DNA from: Trichomonas gallinae
Lineage: Eukaryota
DNA: 44,699 nucleotides
NCBI GenBank assembly: GCA_008369845.1
Contig: MRSU01000244.1
Span: 1-44,699, forward strand
Direction: 5' to 3'
Shown here in pieces: positions 21,063 through 30,463 of the stretch. The position numbers were made by a program, and so were the translations under genes. The notes below the pieces were generated by a model, which had not been told where the DNA came from, ran no database searches, and saw only the letters and a program-made list of their open reading frames with translations. The stretch's first letter is position 1; each line of letters opens with the position of its first letter.

Positions 21063-21332
21063 TTAGTTTCTAAGTGGTTTTGTGATGTTCTCACCAAAGT
21101 CATCTTCGAATGGATCGTCTGTGGGTTCTATCTGCTCATGTGCCCAGAAATTATGCCGTTGCCCAGCGGGTGTATTATCTTCGATGACTTTATCTCTTCC
21201 TTTATCTTTATCTTTATCCTTCTTATGCTTTGAGTCTTTGTCGCCATGCTTGGACTTCTTTTCCTTATCCTTGTCCTTCTTCTCCTTCTTATCTTTGTCT
21301 TTATCCTTGTCGTGCTTGTGTTTCGAACTCAT
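21063..21332 (-). CDS. Small Lys/Asp-rich protein with acidic DPF/DDF tail
   Basis: 89 aa. KD/KE low-complexity N-terminus with varied codons, C-terminal HNFWAHEQIEPTDDPFEDDF, and AAAGTGA upstream of the ATG. Confidence 0.65.
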   Translation of the reverse strand: MSSKHKHDKDKDKDKKEKKDKDKEKKSKHGDKDSKHKKDKDKDKGRDKVIEDNTPAGQRHNFWAHEQIEPTDDPFEDDFGENITKPLRN

Positions 21333-21902
21333 TTATTTTGTATCACTTTTTTAAGGAGTTTAATTTAAAAACTCAATTTTATTGAAGATTTGGATATTTT
21401 TCTGTGTAATATGTCGATTTTTAAGCAAAAAAATTGACTCTTTTTACCTTTTTCGGATTTCAATTTTCAACCACATTGTTTATTTTTCTCTAATTTCCTT
21501 TGATATATATAACTAGCACCTTACATTAGCCAAATCCAACACAAAATACTATTTTTGATCTAGATTTGATTTAGCTATTTCAATGAAAAAATAATGCATG
21601 GAAAAGTTAAATATGAAGATACTGCGAAAGCTGCAATTCAGAAGCAAAAAATCATATAACAATTAAATTTATCGAGAAAAATATGTGGAAACTTCGACAG
21701 GCAAGGGTAAATCGTTCCAAAACTTGTAGGAAATATATAATACCCGACCAGAGACTATATATCTAATATCTAAATAGATATAGATTTAATTAGACATTTG
21801 GATTAATCTATATAGCGCATGTTAAAATTGATGTCTAAATAATTTCATTCTCAGTTGTATTTTAATCTTTGCAAAAAAATTAAATTTTGAAAATGAAATA
21901 TG

Positions 21903-22477
21903 CTATTTATCAAGTAAAGGCACGAAAACATGAAGTGAAATGCTTGGATATATTGTACGAGGCATGGAGCAGATTACCATGTTTTTATAGCAATAGATCC
22001 CATCGAGTAAAGTAATGCGAGCTTTTCCATTCCCAAAGTAAGAGATTTTATCACCTGAAATCATCCTCGGTGATGAGAACTTGTAGTCTGGAATATGTGT
22101 ATAGGGAGTTCTATTCATTGTGAATGTGGAAAGCGAATAAGGTGAAAATAAATTGCACTCATTCATCCCTGAAATGAATGAAGATCCACCTGATCCAGAT
22201 AAAACGTGTCAAGCAACTACCGGTCCAGATCCACCTCCAAAATAACCACTACCTCCTCTAGAACCATAACTTATGTCTAATGTATGACCTCCTTTTCCAA
22301 ACTCTCCATCAGCAGTAGAATTATAATCAGGATCATTATGTTTCTTGATATTCCTTGTGAATTTTGTGTTCCACCCGATGAATTGGTTAGCGAGAATTGA
22401 TATCCACAATGCGTTGTATAAGAAGTGCCTGGAAGACCACTATCTATATACCAAACTGTGAACATTCGAATGATCAA
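21903..22477 (-). pseudogene. Decayed glycine-rich-domain gene (trichomonad 'loricrin/PE-PGRS-like' family)
   Basis: Fragments join as ...SSGGTQNSQG /frameshift/ ADGEFGKGG...GGSGYFGGGSGPVVA*HVLSGSGGSSFISG...GNGKARITLL...hydrophobic tail. In-frame TGA at 22209-22211; the 5' part is missing. Confidence 0.7.
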
Positions 22478-22776
22478 ATATTTTCAAATAGATAATTCAA
22501 TTACCAGATATCAAATAGCGAATGTTTTGATGCTCTTGTTGAAAATGTGAACTATGCAATCTTTATGTGTGCCATATATAGAATGTTTCTGTGTAGGAAT
22601 TAATTTTTATTCAATTTGAACATTGAATAAAGCAAATGATATAAATATTATTAAATTTGATTTCATTTTAGTAAAGATATGCTTAATATTGTTGTATTAC
22701 ACAAGATAAGCAACTTATTAATTTAATTTTACAAAATAAAACAAGAAACCTGAAATATACATAATAAAAACATTAA

Positions 22777-24039
22777 TCATGAGAATATAGACTTTTGTTC
22801 CTTCATTGGAGGAACTTTGTCAAATATATTTTCATCATAAATTGCGGCGAATGCTAGAATGATATCAAGATCATTCTTATCTTTGAGCTTCAGTGTCTTC
22901 TGAAGTTCTAATGTCTGTTCGTGAGTCATTTGAGAAGAATTATTTTCATCTAAATAATCTTGTACTAAAGCTATCAAAGTAATTGCAGTTCTTACAAAAA
23001 CAGCTAATCTCTGTTCGCATACAAGTGATTTGGAAGGAATCTGAATATCTTCAATTAATTTTACTGCTGTACTGATTTGCTGCGTCGAATTAATAGACTT
23101 AGCCTTGTAATTTATTGAACGAGATTTAAGTTTCTTTTTTCTTTGATCTGGGTCTTCAATAACTTGCGCGCTGGCTCGTATTTCTTTATATTCTTCCATT
23201 GCTGGAACATGTGTAGATTGAGCAGGTGTAACGACGACGATTTTTTCAGGTAATCTCACTAATGCGCGTGGTGTTGGAGATTGTAGCAGAATTTCTTCAG
23301 GCGTGTAGTTTTGTTTTTGAATTACTTGTAAATGCAAGAACATATTCGGTCGTGCTCTAAGTTCAGAACTAGAGTAGGCTAAATAATCAGGGAGAGTGAA
23401 GTGTGTAAGGAAATTGAAGAATCTTTCGCATTCAGAAAATGAATTAACTTCAAAAATGGTATTCATCTGCGCTCTGAGGTGCGCTGTAAGTATCTGTGCG
23501 TAGAGAGATTGTTCCGATGGATCAATTTGGAAATCGAGTGGTTTAAGTCCGACATGGAATAATTTGCAGACATCGATAACTGCATTCTGCACCATTTCTG
23601 TCATTTTCTCGAAATTTTCCGATCGCGATATCAAAAACTGAGTAGCAATGACTAGTTGTTGAGAATAATATTTAATTCCGTCAATGAGGTGCTGTGTCTT
23701 TTTGAAGTGGCTCGATTTCAATATAATCGCAACAGAATAGTAAACGTCAAGTAGATTGGGCTTAGATTTCGGAACTTTGAAAATTGTGCTGACAACAAAC
23801 CAATCTGATGATGCTATATCAAGAGCAGTTGTAAAAAGTTTGTTAAAAGCACTTTCTTTTTGTCTTGGCAATGTACTAAGTGTCATTCTCGAGAGAGATG
23901 TGATTTGCTCTGATATATTTTCAGGAACAAACTTCCAAAGATGCACGAGTTTTGAACCAGACATCATATCAAAGTCGCTGATTGACACGGCAACTATTGG
24001 ATCCCCTTCCAATGGAGGAGCAAGATATATTTCAGTCAT
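22777..24039 (-). CDS. C9orf72-like longin/DENN protein
   Basis: Collinear motifs DFDMMSGSKLVHLW, LTAHL, FTLP...SS, LHLQVI, SPTPRALV, RTAITLIALV and DLDIILAFA match recalled C9orf72 motifs (WDNILGPRVRHIW, SSHL, APYPTT, RKALTLIKY, DLNIIMALA). Confidence 0.8.
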   Translation of the reverse strand: MTEIYLAPPLEGDPIVAVSISDFDMMSGSKLVHLWKFVPENISEQITSLSRMTLSTLPRQKESAFNKLFTTALDIASSDWFVVSTIFKVPKSKPNLLDVYYSVAIILKSSHFKKTQHLIDGIKYYSQQLVIATQFLISRSENFEKMTEMVQNAVIDVCKLFHVGLKPLDFQIDPSEQSLYAQILTAHLRAQMNTIFEVNSFSECERFFNFLTHFTLPDYLAYSSSELRARPNMFLHLQVIQKQNYTPEEILLQSPTPRALVRLPEKIVVVTPAQSTHVPAMEEYKEIRASAQVIEDPDQRKKKLKSRSINYKAKSINSTQQISTAVKLIEDIQIPSKSLVCEQRLAVFVRTAITLIALVQDYLDENNSSQMTHEQTLELQKTLKLKDKNDLDIILAFAAIYDENIFDKVPPMKEQKSIFS

Positions 24040-24357
24040 TTAAGTTTTGAGGGTCTGGAATTTTATTTAAGGGGAAACTCGATATACAAGATAAATCATT
24101 TTTCTAAATGTAGAACCAATCATAATTTATTATACAATAAGTTTGAAAAATAAAAATCGCTAAAATATCGGTATTTCACTATAAAAAAACCACATTTTTG
24201 ATTGTACAATAAAAAATTTTCCAAAATGTATTATTTTTCTTGGGGTTGGAAAAAATAAAGAGGGGCAAAAATACTTAAGTTTCGGTAATGAATTTAGATA
24301 TTAGATAATAAATCAAGCTTAATTTTTAGATAAAAATGGAAATTTGTTCGTGAGCAA

Positions 24358-24365
24358 AAAGTGAC
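24358..24365 (+). promoter_or_regulatory. AAAGTGAC element upstream of SUMO (M2-like motif; also at 26501, 27413, 33532, and as GTCACTTT at 20759 and 35371)
   Basis: The exact 8-mer recurs 3-13 nt upstream of six start codons and resembles the T. vaginalis M2 motif as recalled. Confidence 0.65.
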
Positions 24366-24371
24366 AATTAA

Positions 24372-24674
24372 ATGGAAGATCCAGATACACAGACTTCACA
24401 AGTTAAGGAAGATGGCGCAGATGATGGCGCTGGCACAATCAACATCACAATCACCGATCCACAGGGTACAGATATTCTTTTCAAGATCAAACGTTCTGCT
24501 AAGATGAGGAGACTTTTCAGCGCCTACTGCAAGAGAATGTCATTCGACCCAGATACAATGCGTTTCTTCCACCAAGGTGTTAGAATTAACGACGATGATA
24601 CACCAGATTCCTTAGTTCTTAAAGATGGTGCAAAGATTGATGCATTTGTCCGCCAAGTTGCCGGTGGTTTCTAA
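24372..24674 (+). CDS. SUMO: SUMO (small ubiquitin-like modifier)
   Basis: FKIKRSAKMRRLFSAYCKR, RFFHQGVRINDDDTPDSL, and a C-terminal GG followed by a one-residue extension. Confidence 0.92.
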   Translation: MEDPDTQTSQVKEDGADDGAGTINITITDPQGTDILFKIKRSAKMRRLFSAYCKRMSFDPDTMRFFHQGVRINDDDTPDSLVLKDGAKIDAFVRQVAGGF

Positions 24675-24917
24675 TATTTTTAATTTCGTTTTTTTAAACT
24701 TCTAGATACAACTTTATTGACATTTTTGACTAACTCTTTACCAAATACAAATCTACATGCTGAAAATAAATAAACAAATATACTCATTGACAATAATAAG
24801 TTCGACTTTGAAATAAAAAATTATATTTGCTTATAATATAAAAAATAAAAAGAATTGCGTAATTCGTATATATTCTGTATATATTTAACAAGCAAACAAG
24901 TGTAATAGAAAACAAAA

Positions 24918-25259
24918 TCATTTGAACAGATTATCGACAACAGAAAATAATTTTTCTTCATCCTTGTGTTGAGATACGTGATTGATAAAATCTCTTTGAG
25001 GAAATGGTTGGCCGCAAAACAAACATTTAATTTTTTGATCTTGATTAGTTTTTTGTGGTCGCGATATTATAAACTCTGGATGCGGAATAAATGGAAGCAC
25101 TGACGTAAGTTGGCTTATTGGCTGTGCGCCAGGAAATCCTGTTGTTTGTCGATAATAATCAAGGACAATCTCGAAAACAATTTGCGAGTAGATATCCTTG
25201 GATAGCTCACTTGCTATAACTTGAAGCTTCGACTTCAGAGTTTGATGATTTTCTTCCAT
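24918..25259 (-). CDS. Small zinc-finger protein, possibly Sgf11-like (SAGA DUB module)
   Basis: N-terminal helix IYSQIVFEIVLDYYR and C-terminal CLFC-x8-F-x2-H-x3-H finger. Confidence 0.5.
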   Translation of the reverse strand: MEENHQTLKSKLQVIASELSKDIYSQIVFEIVLDYYRQTTGFPGAQPISQLTSVLPFIPHPEFIISRPQKTNQDQKIKCLFCGQPFPQRDFINHVSQHKDEEKLFSVVDNLFK

Positions 25260-25292
25260 TTAGAAAATGAAAAGTGCCAAATTGTATTGGAA

Positions 25293-25410
25293 TGGACCCT
25301 ACTTTTGAATTTACCACCCTAGAATATAACATTAGACCCTAATTATAAATGTCAGACCCTAAAATTTTTATATTATTTTTAGACCCTATTTATAATTTTA
25401 AACCCCTAAA
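25293..25410. repeat. Six-copy (AG)ACCCTA array at 20-bp spacing upstream of the zinc-finger gene
   Basis: Cores at 25295, 25315, 25335, 25355, 25382 and 25402 (spacing 20, 20, 20, 27, 20). Confidence 0.85.
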
Positions 25411-25443
25411 ATATATTTAAATAGAATAGACCGAAAAAATAGT

Positions 25444-26478
25444 TTACTCAATCTTTACCATAGTCTTAAACAAAGGCTTAAACCAACTATTACCAACTTT
25501 AACACGATATGTTAATTCATGAACACCAGAAACACAAGGTACGCATGGCACATCGACGACAACTCTCTTACCCGGCTCCAACTTATCAACTGAAACCGTC
25601 TTAACAAGAGGAATGCATGGACGATCGTCCAATTCGATCTTAACATCGACGACACTGCTTGTAATATTAGTAATTTCGCATGATAATGGTGCTTGCTTGA
25701 GTTTTTTGAGAGATGGAACTATCCATAATATGCCAACTGAAGTAGCCGGCATTGGCAATTCAATCGTAAAGTGAGACATCATAGTGTTATCATTCCAGAT
25801 AACAGAGAGGGCCAATTGAATGTTCTTCATGAGCCTTATAGAATCACTTGAGGCGCTAGAAAGGATAAAAGTTGATGTATTTGGAACTCTACGCAAAGCG
25901 AAAGCTTTTTCGTAATCCGAAAGACTAACTTTGAGCTGTGGAGCAAACCTCAAATCGAAACTATCTATCTTGCATAAAGAATTTGAAAAATCAAGCGAAA
26001 TTAAAATCGAATCTGTTTCAACTCTGAAAGTACTCAAATAAGAAATTGGAAGAGTAATCTGTAATTGTGTTGACGTAACTTTTGTTGAATAGTTATCTTT
26101 CCAAATAGTAAATTGGGCTTCGGCAACTGGAGTGTGAAATAGGGATGCCGAGAGTGGGACAGCTGCCTGCAAATTCCTTACTACAGATTTGTGATCATAT
26201 GTTTTAGGATTAATTTCTACTGTTGAAAAATGCTGTTTTTTGTGTTCGAGCTTTTTAACTGTCAATTCGCACTGGAATTCCGTTGGCTCCCAGACGACTT
26301 TTCCGAGATAAGAAGCGTTCTCACCCCATTCAGCGACGAGCCAGAGGATCAAATTTTCCCCGCAGAATCCTCCCGGCCTTGTTTTCAGATTTGGATTATC
26401 AAGGATCTCATCACCGGTGACAGAGCTGTCCTCTGGAATGACAATCTTATATGTAATATCTTTTGTTCTCTCTGCCAT
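25444..26478 (-). CDS. Beta-rich protein, possibly TRAPP accessory subunit-like (Trs65/TRAPPC13-14)
   Basis: 344 aa with FCGENLILWL near the N-terminus and C-terminal LEPG...VPCVSGVHEL, reminiscent of Trs65-type Ig-like domains. Confidence 0.5.
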   Translation of the reverse strand: MAERTKDITYKIVIPEDSSVTGDEILDNPNLKTRPGGFCGENLILWLVAEWGENASYLGKVVWEPTEFQCELTVKKLEHKKQHFSTVEINPKTYDHKSVVRNLQAAVPLSASLFHTPVAEAQFTIWKDNYSTKVTSTQLQITLPISYLSTFRVETDSILISLDFSNSLCKIDSFDLRFAPQLKVSLSDYEKAFALRRVPNTSTFILSSASSDSIRLMKNIQLALSVIWNDNTMMSHFTIELPMPATSVGILWIVPSLKKLKQAPLSCEITNITSSVVDVKIELDDRPCIPLVKTVSVDKLEPGKRVVVDVPCVPCVSGVHELTYRVKVGNSWFKPLFKTMVKIE

Positions 26479-26521
26479 GTGAAAAAAAAAAATTAATAAA
26501 AAAGTGACTCAGAGCATAGTG

Positions 26522-27244
26522 ATGTCTTACGATCGCGCGCTTACTCGATTCAGTTCTGATGGACGCATCTTCCAGATCGAGTACGCGGCTACAGCTGTCT
26601 ATAACGGCGCCACTGTTCTCGCTATACATAGCCCTAACATTATTGTTGCAGCAGTTGAGAAGCAGGACGTGATGAAACTGCAGGAACAGGAAGCATCACG
26701 CCGCTTGTGCATGCTTGATGAACATATTATGTGCGCTTATTCGGGGGTTTCAGCAGATGCAAGAGTATTAATCGAAAAAGCACAATACGAATGCCAGTCC
26801 CACCGTTTGACTTACGAAGATAAGGTATCAGTCGAAAATATAGCAAAGTACATCGCAGGTGTCCAGTTAAAATACACACAGAGCGGAGGCGTTAGACCTT
26901 TCGGCGTTGCGACGCTTGTGTGCGGATTTGACGCTCTTGGGAAACCCCATATATACGAAACTCTACCAAGTGGTATACTGAACGAATGGAAGGCACGCGG
27001 AATCGGCAGATTCGGTCATCCTGTTCATGAATATTTGGAAAAATTCTATTCTGAGAATCAAAGTGATGAACAGGTGTTGAGGGTAGCAGTTGGATCCCTT
27101 CGTGAAATTGCTGATTGTCGACCAAAAAATATTGAAATTTTTATAATGCGAAGAAATTTACCAATAGAGTTGATGAGCGAGGATAAAATTGCTGAGATAG
27201 TAGCATCAATCGATAGTAGAGATAATAATTCAGCAGGAGCATAA
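26522..27244 (+). CDS. 20S proteasome alpha subunit, alpha-4/PSMA7 type (divergent)
   Basis: ATG at 26522: MSYDRALTRFSSDGRIFQIEYA, ADARVLIEKA, ECQSHRLT, YTQSGGVRPFG, WKARGIGR. Confidence 0.9.
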   Translation: MSYDRALTRFSSDGRIFQIEYAATAVYNGATVLAIHSPNIIVAAVEKQDVMKLQEQEASRRLCMLDEHIMCAYSGVSADARVLIEKAQYECQSHRLTYEDKVSVENIAKYIAGVQLKYTQSGGVRPFGVATLVCGFDALGKPHIYETLPSGILNEWKARGIGRFGHPVHEYLEKFYSENQSDEQVLRVAVGSLREIADCRPKNIEIFIMRRNLPIELMSEDKIAEIVASIDSRDNNSAGA

Positions 27245-27360
27245 TATATTTATTATGTTCTTATGGTTTTTGATTGTATATTGTTTATATTGTAGTTTTA
27301 TTTATATAAAGGATATTATTGTGAGATTTTGATAGAAAGAATCCAAATAAGGAAATATTT

Positions 27361-27396
27361 TGACATGTAAAATGCCAAAACTAAAATTACATGACA
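27361..27396. promoter_or_regulatory. Inverted pair of TGACATGTAA / TTACATGACA motifs
   Basis: tgacatgtaa at 27361 and ttacatgaca at 27387. The ORF-track ATG (27391) lies inside the motif, so the true start is probably 27430. Confidence 0.6.
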
Positions 27397-27429
27397 AAAT
27401 TATTGTGTTCTAAAAGTGACATTTATCAT

Positions 27430-28155
27430 ATGAATTTTTCCGAAGAAGAGATCAGAAAAAATCTCATTACTAGGCTAAAGCAGGCTGAAGAAAACTATAT
27501 TAAAAGTAACGAAAATTCTGGAACAATAAATCGTTATATATTCATGTATTTGCCCGTTTTTGAAATTGTATCTAACGAATTGCACAAATATGTCGAACAA
27601 TTACATGATGATTCCAAACATCATACATTTATATTAAATCTTCTTGCAGATATTGCCAATAAATTACGTTCATTGAAATCAACCAAATCAGATCATTTAA
27701 AGCCAGTTATCAAAACATTGGTAATTAAAATCTCAAAGTCAAAACTGAAATTGTCCATTGATAGATCAAAGGAAGTAATTAATTATTTCCAGAGAAAGAA
27801 TATTTTTTCAAGTGAATATTGTAATGAATTGCTTAATGATATTGCTATAAACGCTACAAATAGTGCTACAGATATAGCAAATTCAGGCAATACTTTCTTA
27901 GAATTAACAAATGAATTTTTAAGATTGAGAAAAGCACGTATTGATCTTCCAGATGACCCAAGCCATTTACCAGCTCATTTGCAACTTGCATCACAAGAAA
28001 TTGCTCTTCATGAAAAATTTTCGGAATTTCATTCTCAGCAAAATCTTATCATCAGTGAGTTGCTATCTGATATACGTAAACAATTGGAGAAATATGAGCC
28101 ACCTGTTCAGAAAAAGCCTGCAAACTTGGCCTTATTATTCGCCGATGACGATTAA
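27430..28155 (+). CDS. Helical protein, possibly CTD-interacting domain (RPRD/Rtt103-like) plus coiled coil
   Basis: ATG at 27430 follows AAAGTGAC. ILNLLADIANK and VINYFQRKNIFSSEYCNEL resemble CID helices. Confidence 0.5.
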   Translation: MNFSEEEIRKNLITRLKQAEENYIKSNENSGTINRYIFMYLPVFEIVSNELHKYVEQLHDDSKHHTFILNLLADIANKLRSLKSTKSDHLKPVIKTLVIKISKSKLKLSIDRSKEVINYFQRKNIFSSEYCNELLNDIAINATNSATDIANSGNTFLELTNEFLRLRKARIDLPDDPSHLPAHLQLASQEIALHEKFSEFHSQQNLIISELLSDIRKQLEKYEPPVQKKPANLALLFADDD

Positions 28156-28587
28156 AATTGTTATTGTTAGTGCTTAGTGTAGCACATCACATAATAAATG
28201 ATTTGTTAGATATATTTAATCGATTACATTACAATTTTTTAAATTATATTTATTGCTACTTCTATCTTTGTTCTTATTCGACATAACAAGCATCATATTG
28301 ATGTTAATTTCATTCTCTATATGACGATTGATGTAAAACTATAAAATACCGGGTTTTGGGTTTTATATTAATATATTAATTAAGAAATTTAGAGTAAGTT
28401 TACATTAACATTACCTAGCAGTATTATGAATATATGCAAAGTTTAATCCTTCAATTTCAATTTTTAGAAAATATGATTTGTAAATTTAATTTACATGACA
28501 AAAATTCTATATCAGCAAACTTTACATCTTATCATTTCAAGATTTTTGCCATGTAAATTTTCTATCTGACTTATAAACGTTCGTGGA

Positions 28588-29043
28588 ATGAGTGGAAAAG
28601 TTCCTCCATGCAGAAGGTTCCCTAAAAGGCTCTCACAACAAGAGCTTAAAGAGAAAACAACAAACTACATGAATGAAAATGGCGCAGACAACCATTATAA
28701 AGCCGAATATTATTTAGAAGCTGCAAAATTAGTAGTTGGAATGAAAGATCAAAAATTTTTTACATTACAACCAAACATACATCACAAAGATTCCAAAAAT
28801 GATGCGTGGGGCTTAGTTTTTCAGTTAGTGATTCAATTCTTGAAACAGAATAACATGAATTTGACTATTGAATCAATGCAGAAAGAGTGTGGTGGATCTA
28901 TTGCACAAGAAGAAGAAAGTATCGAACAAATAGATGAATATATGGAAAGATTACTTGATTTATCAGATTCACTCGCGTCCAAATCATTCAAAGATCGCGT
29001 AAGTGAGTGGAAGGTCGAAGATTCTCAAGGCCTTAAAGGTTAA
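28588..29043 (+). CDS. LisH-containing protein, FOP/FOR20/TONNEAU1-like (divergent)
   Basis: LKEKTTNYMNENGADNHYKAE (TOF-like) plus LVIQFLKQNNMNLTIESMQKEC (LisH). Paralogous to 15529..16068. Confidence 0.65.
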   Translation: MSGKVPPCRRFPKRLSQQELKEKTTNYMNENGADNHYKAEYYLEAAKLVVGMKDQKFFTLQPNIHHKDSKNDAWGLVFQLVIQFLKQNNMNLTIESMQKECGGSIAQEEESIEQIDEYMERLLDLSDSLASKSFKDRVSEWKVEDSQGLKG

Positions 29044-29612
29044 GCTCCAAATAAATTATCAGCTTTGTTAATTTTGTTCAGATTCCATGCTGTTCATTCA
29101 ATATATATTTATAATTCTTAAGAAATAGACAAACTTCATGCATTTTATCAATAATTCTGTTAAATTAAATATTTTCTTTATTAAATGCATAATTACCCTG
29201 CAACAACTCTTGATTTTACATACATTGAATATATATTGATTAGAGATTGTGATATGAGTTCTTTTTGTTATTTTTGAACCTCAAAGTTGGATAGCGGAAC
29301 ATATCCACAATATCATCTAGCGAAAATAAAGCATTGTGTCATGCTCAGCTGCCTTGAAACAGGAAAATATTTTGGAAGAAAAAATCGATTGCATTATTGA
29401 GAGCTCGCTGACTTAAAAACGAGCTGTTTATGATACATATAAGACAAATCTATGAAGATTCTTGTTTATGATTTTTTTGGCGAAATATATCGAAATTAAC
29501 AGTATATAATGGAATTTATACAAAACTTTCATCAAAATAATCATTCTCTAGTTATATAGGGTCTATTTATAATGTCGAAATGTGTCATTATCAATAGTAA
29601 AGCGTCAAAAAA

Positions 29613-30362
29613 ATGACGACAGGGTTTAAGGGCGAGTTAGACATCCTTATTATCGAAGCTAGAGGAATTCCATTGCCAAATGCATGCATTAAAAGGGTCA
29701 ACCCATACGTTACAATCAAAGTAACTGATAATAAAGTCGAGCAGACGGGAACAAAATTTAATAATTCACGCCCTATATGGGATAAGCGCATCAAATGCTA
29801 TATTGAGAGTATAAGCAGCTCGGATATCTTCCTCGAATTAAAAGATCGCAACATTCTTTCCAAGCCTAGTACAATTGGAACGGCAAAAATCAAATTAGAG
29901 AAACTAGAACCTAACATACCAGTTGTACAGTGGTTCAGGCTTAACCTTGATGAAAGATATGCCATAAAGGACTCAAAATGCGAAGTCCGACTATTCATTG
30001 AATACTGCGTTAGAGACGATTCTAGGAATATTAAAGCTCAGATACCTCAAAGCAAGTCCAATACACCAAGTCAGGATCCTCCAAAGAAGGAAGAACCAAA
30101 GAAGGAAGAACCAAAGAAAGAAGAACCAAAGAAAGAAGAACCAAAGAAAGAAGAGCCAAAGAAAGAGGAACCAAAGAAAGAAGAGCCAAAGAAAGAGGAA
30201 CCTAAGAACGAGGAGCCTAAGAGGGAAGAGCCAAAGAAGGAACAACCACATCATAAACCAGGTTCACGTAAACCAAGTGTTGCCAAACGCGGAGCATCGC
30301 TTGATAATTTGTCTGAAGGCTATTCAGATGGATATTATTCTTATTATTCAGACGAGATCTAA
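29613..30362 (+). CDS. C2-domain protein with (PKKEE)n repeat tail
   Basis: LDILIIEARGIP...NPYVTI...PIWD...LELKDR...IGTAKIKL...QWFRL forms a C2 fold. Confidence 0.85.
   Translation: MTTGFKGELDILIIEARGIPLPNACIKRVNPYVTIKVTDNKVEQTGTKFNNSRPIWDKRIKCYIESISSSDIFLELKDRNILSKPSTIGTAKIKLEKLEPNIPVVQWFRLNLDERYAIKDSKCEVRLFIEYCVRDDSRNIKAQIPQSKSNTPSQDPPKKEEPKKEEPKKEEPKKEEPKKEEPKKEEPKKEEPKKEEPKNEEPKREEPKKEQPHHKPGSRKPSVAKRGASLDNLSEGYSDGYYSYYSDEI
30081..30245 (+). repeat. Coding minisatellite, 11 x 15 bp (CCAAAGAARGARGAR; PKKEE)
   Basis: Direct tandem units; the last three are diverged (PKNEE, PKREE, PKKEQ). Confidence 0.95.
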
Positions 30363-30463
30363 ATTTTATTATTTGTTTTTTAAAGATTTTATTATTTGCT
30401 TTTTAATTTCGATTTTTTTTTCTATAAAAATTAAACGGAAAAATATAAACAAACATTTACGAC

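Noticed and set aside
22209..22211. In-frame TGA as selenocysteine or readthrough
   Set aside because: The same locus also has a frameshift and lacks its 5' end, and other genes here use TGA as a normal stop. A pseudogene is the simpler explanation.
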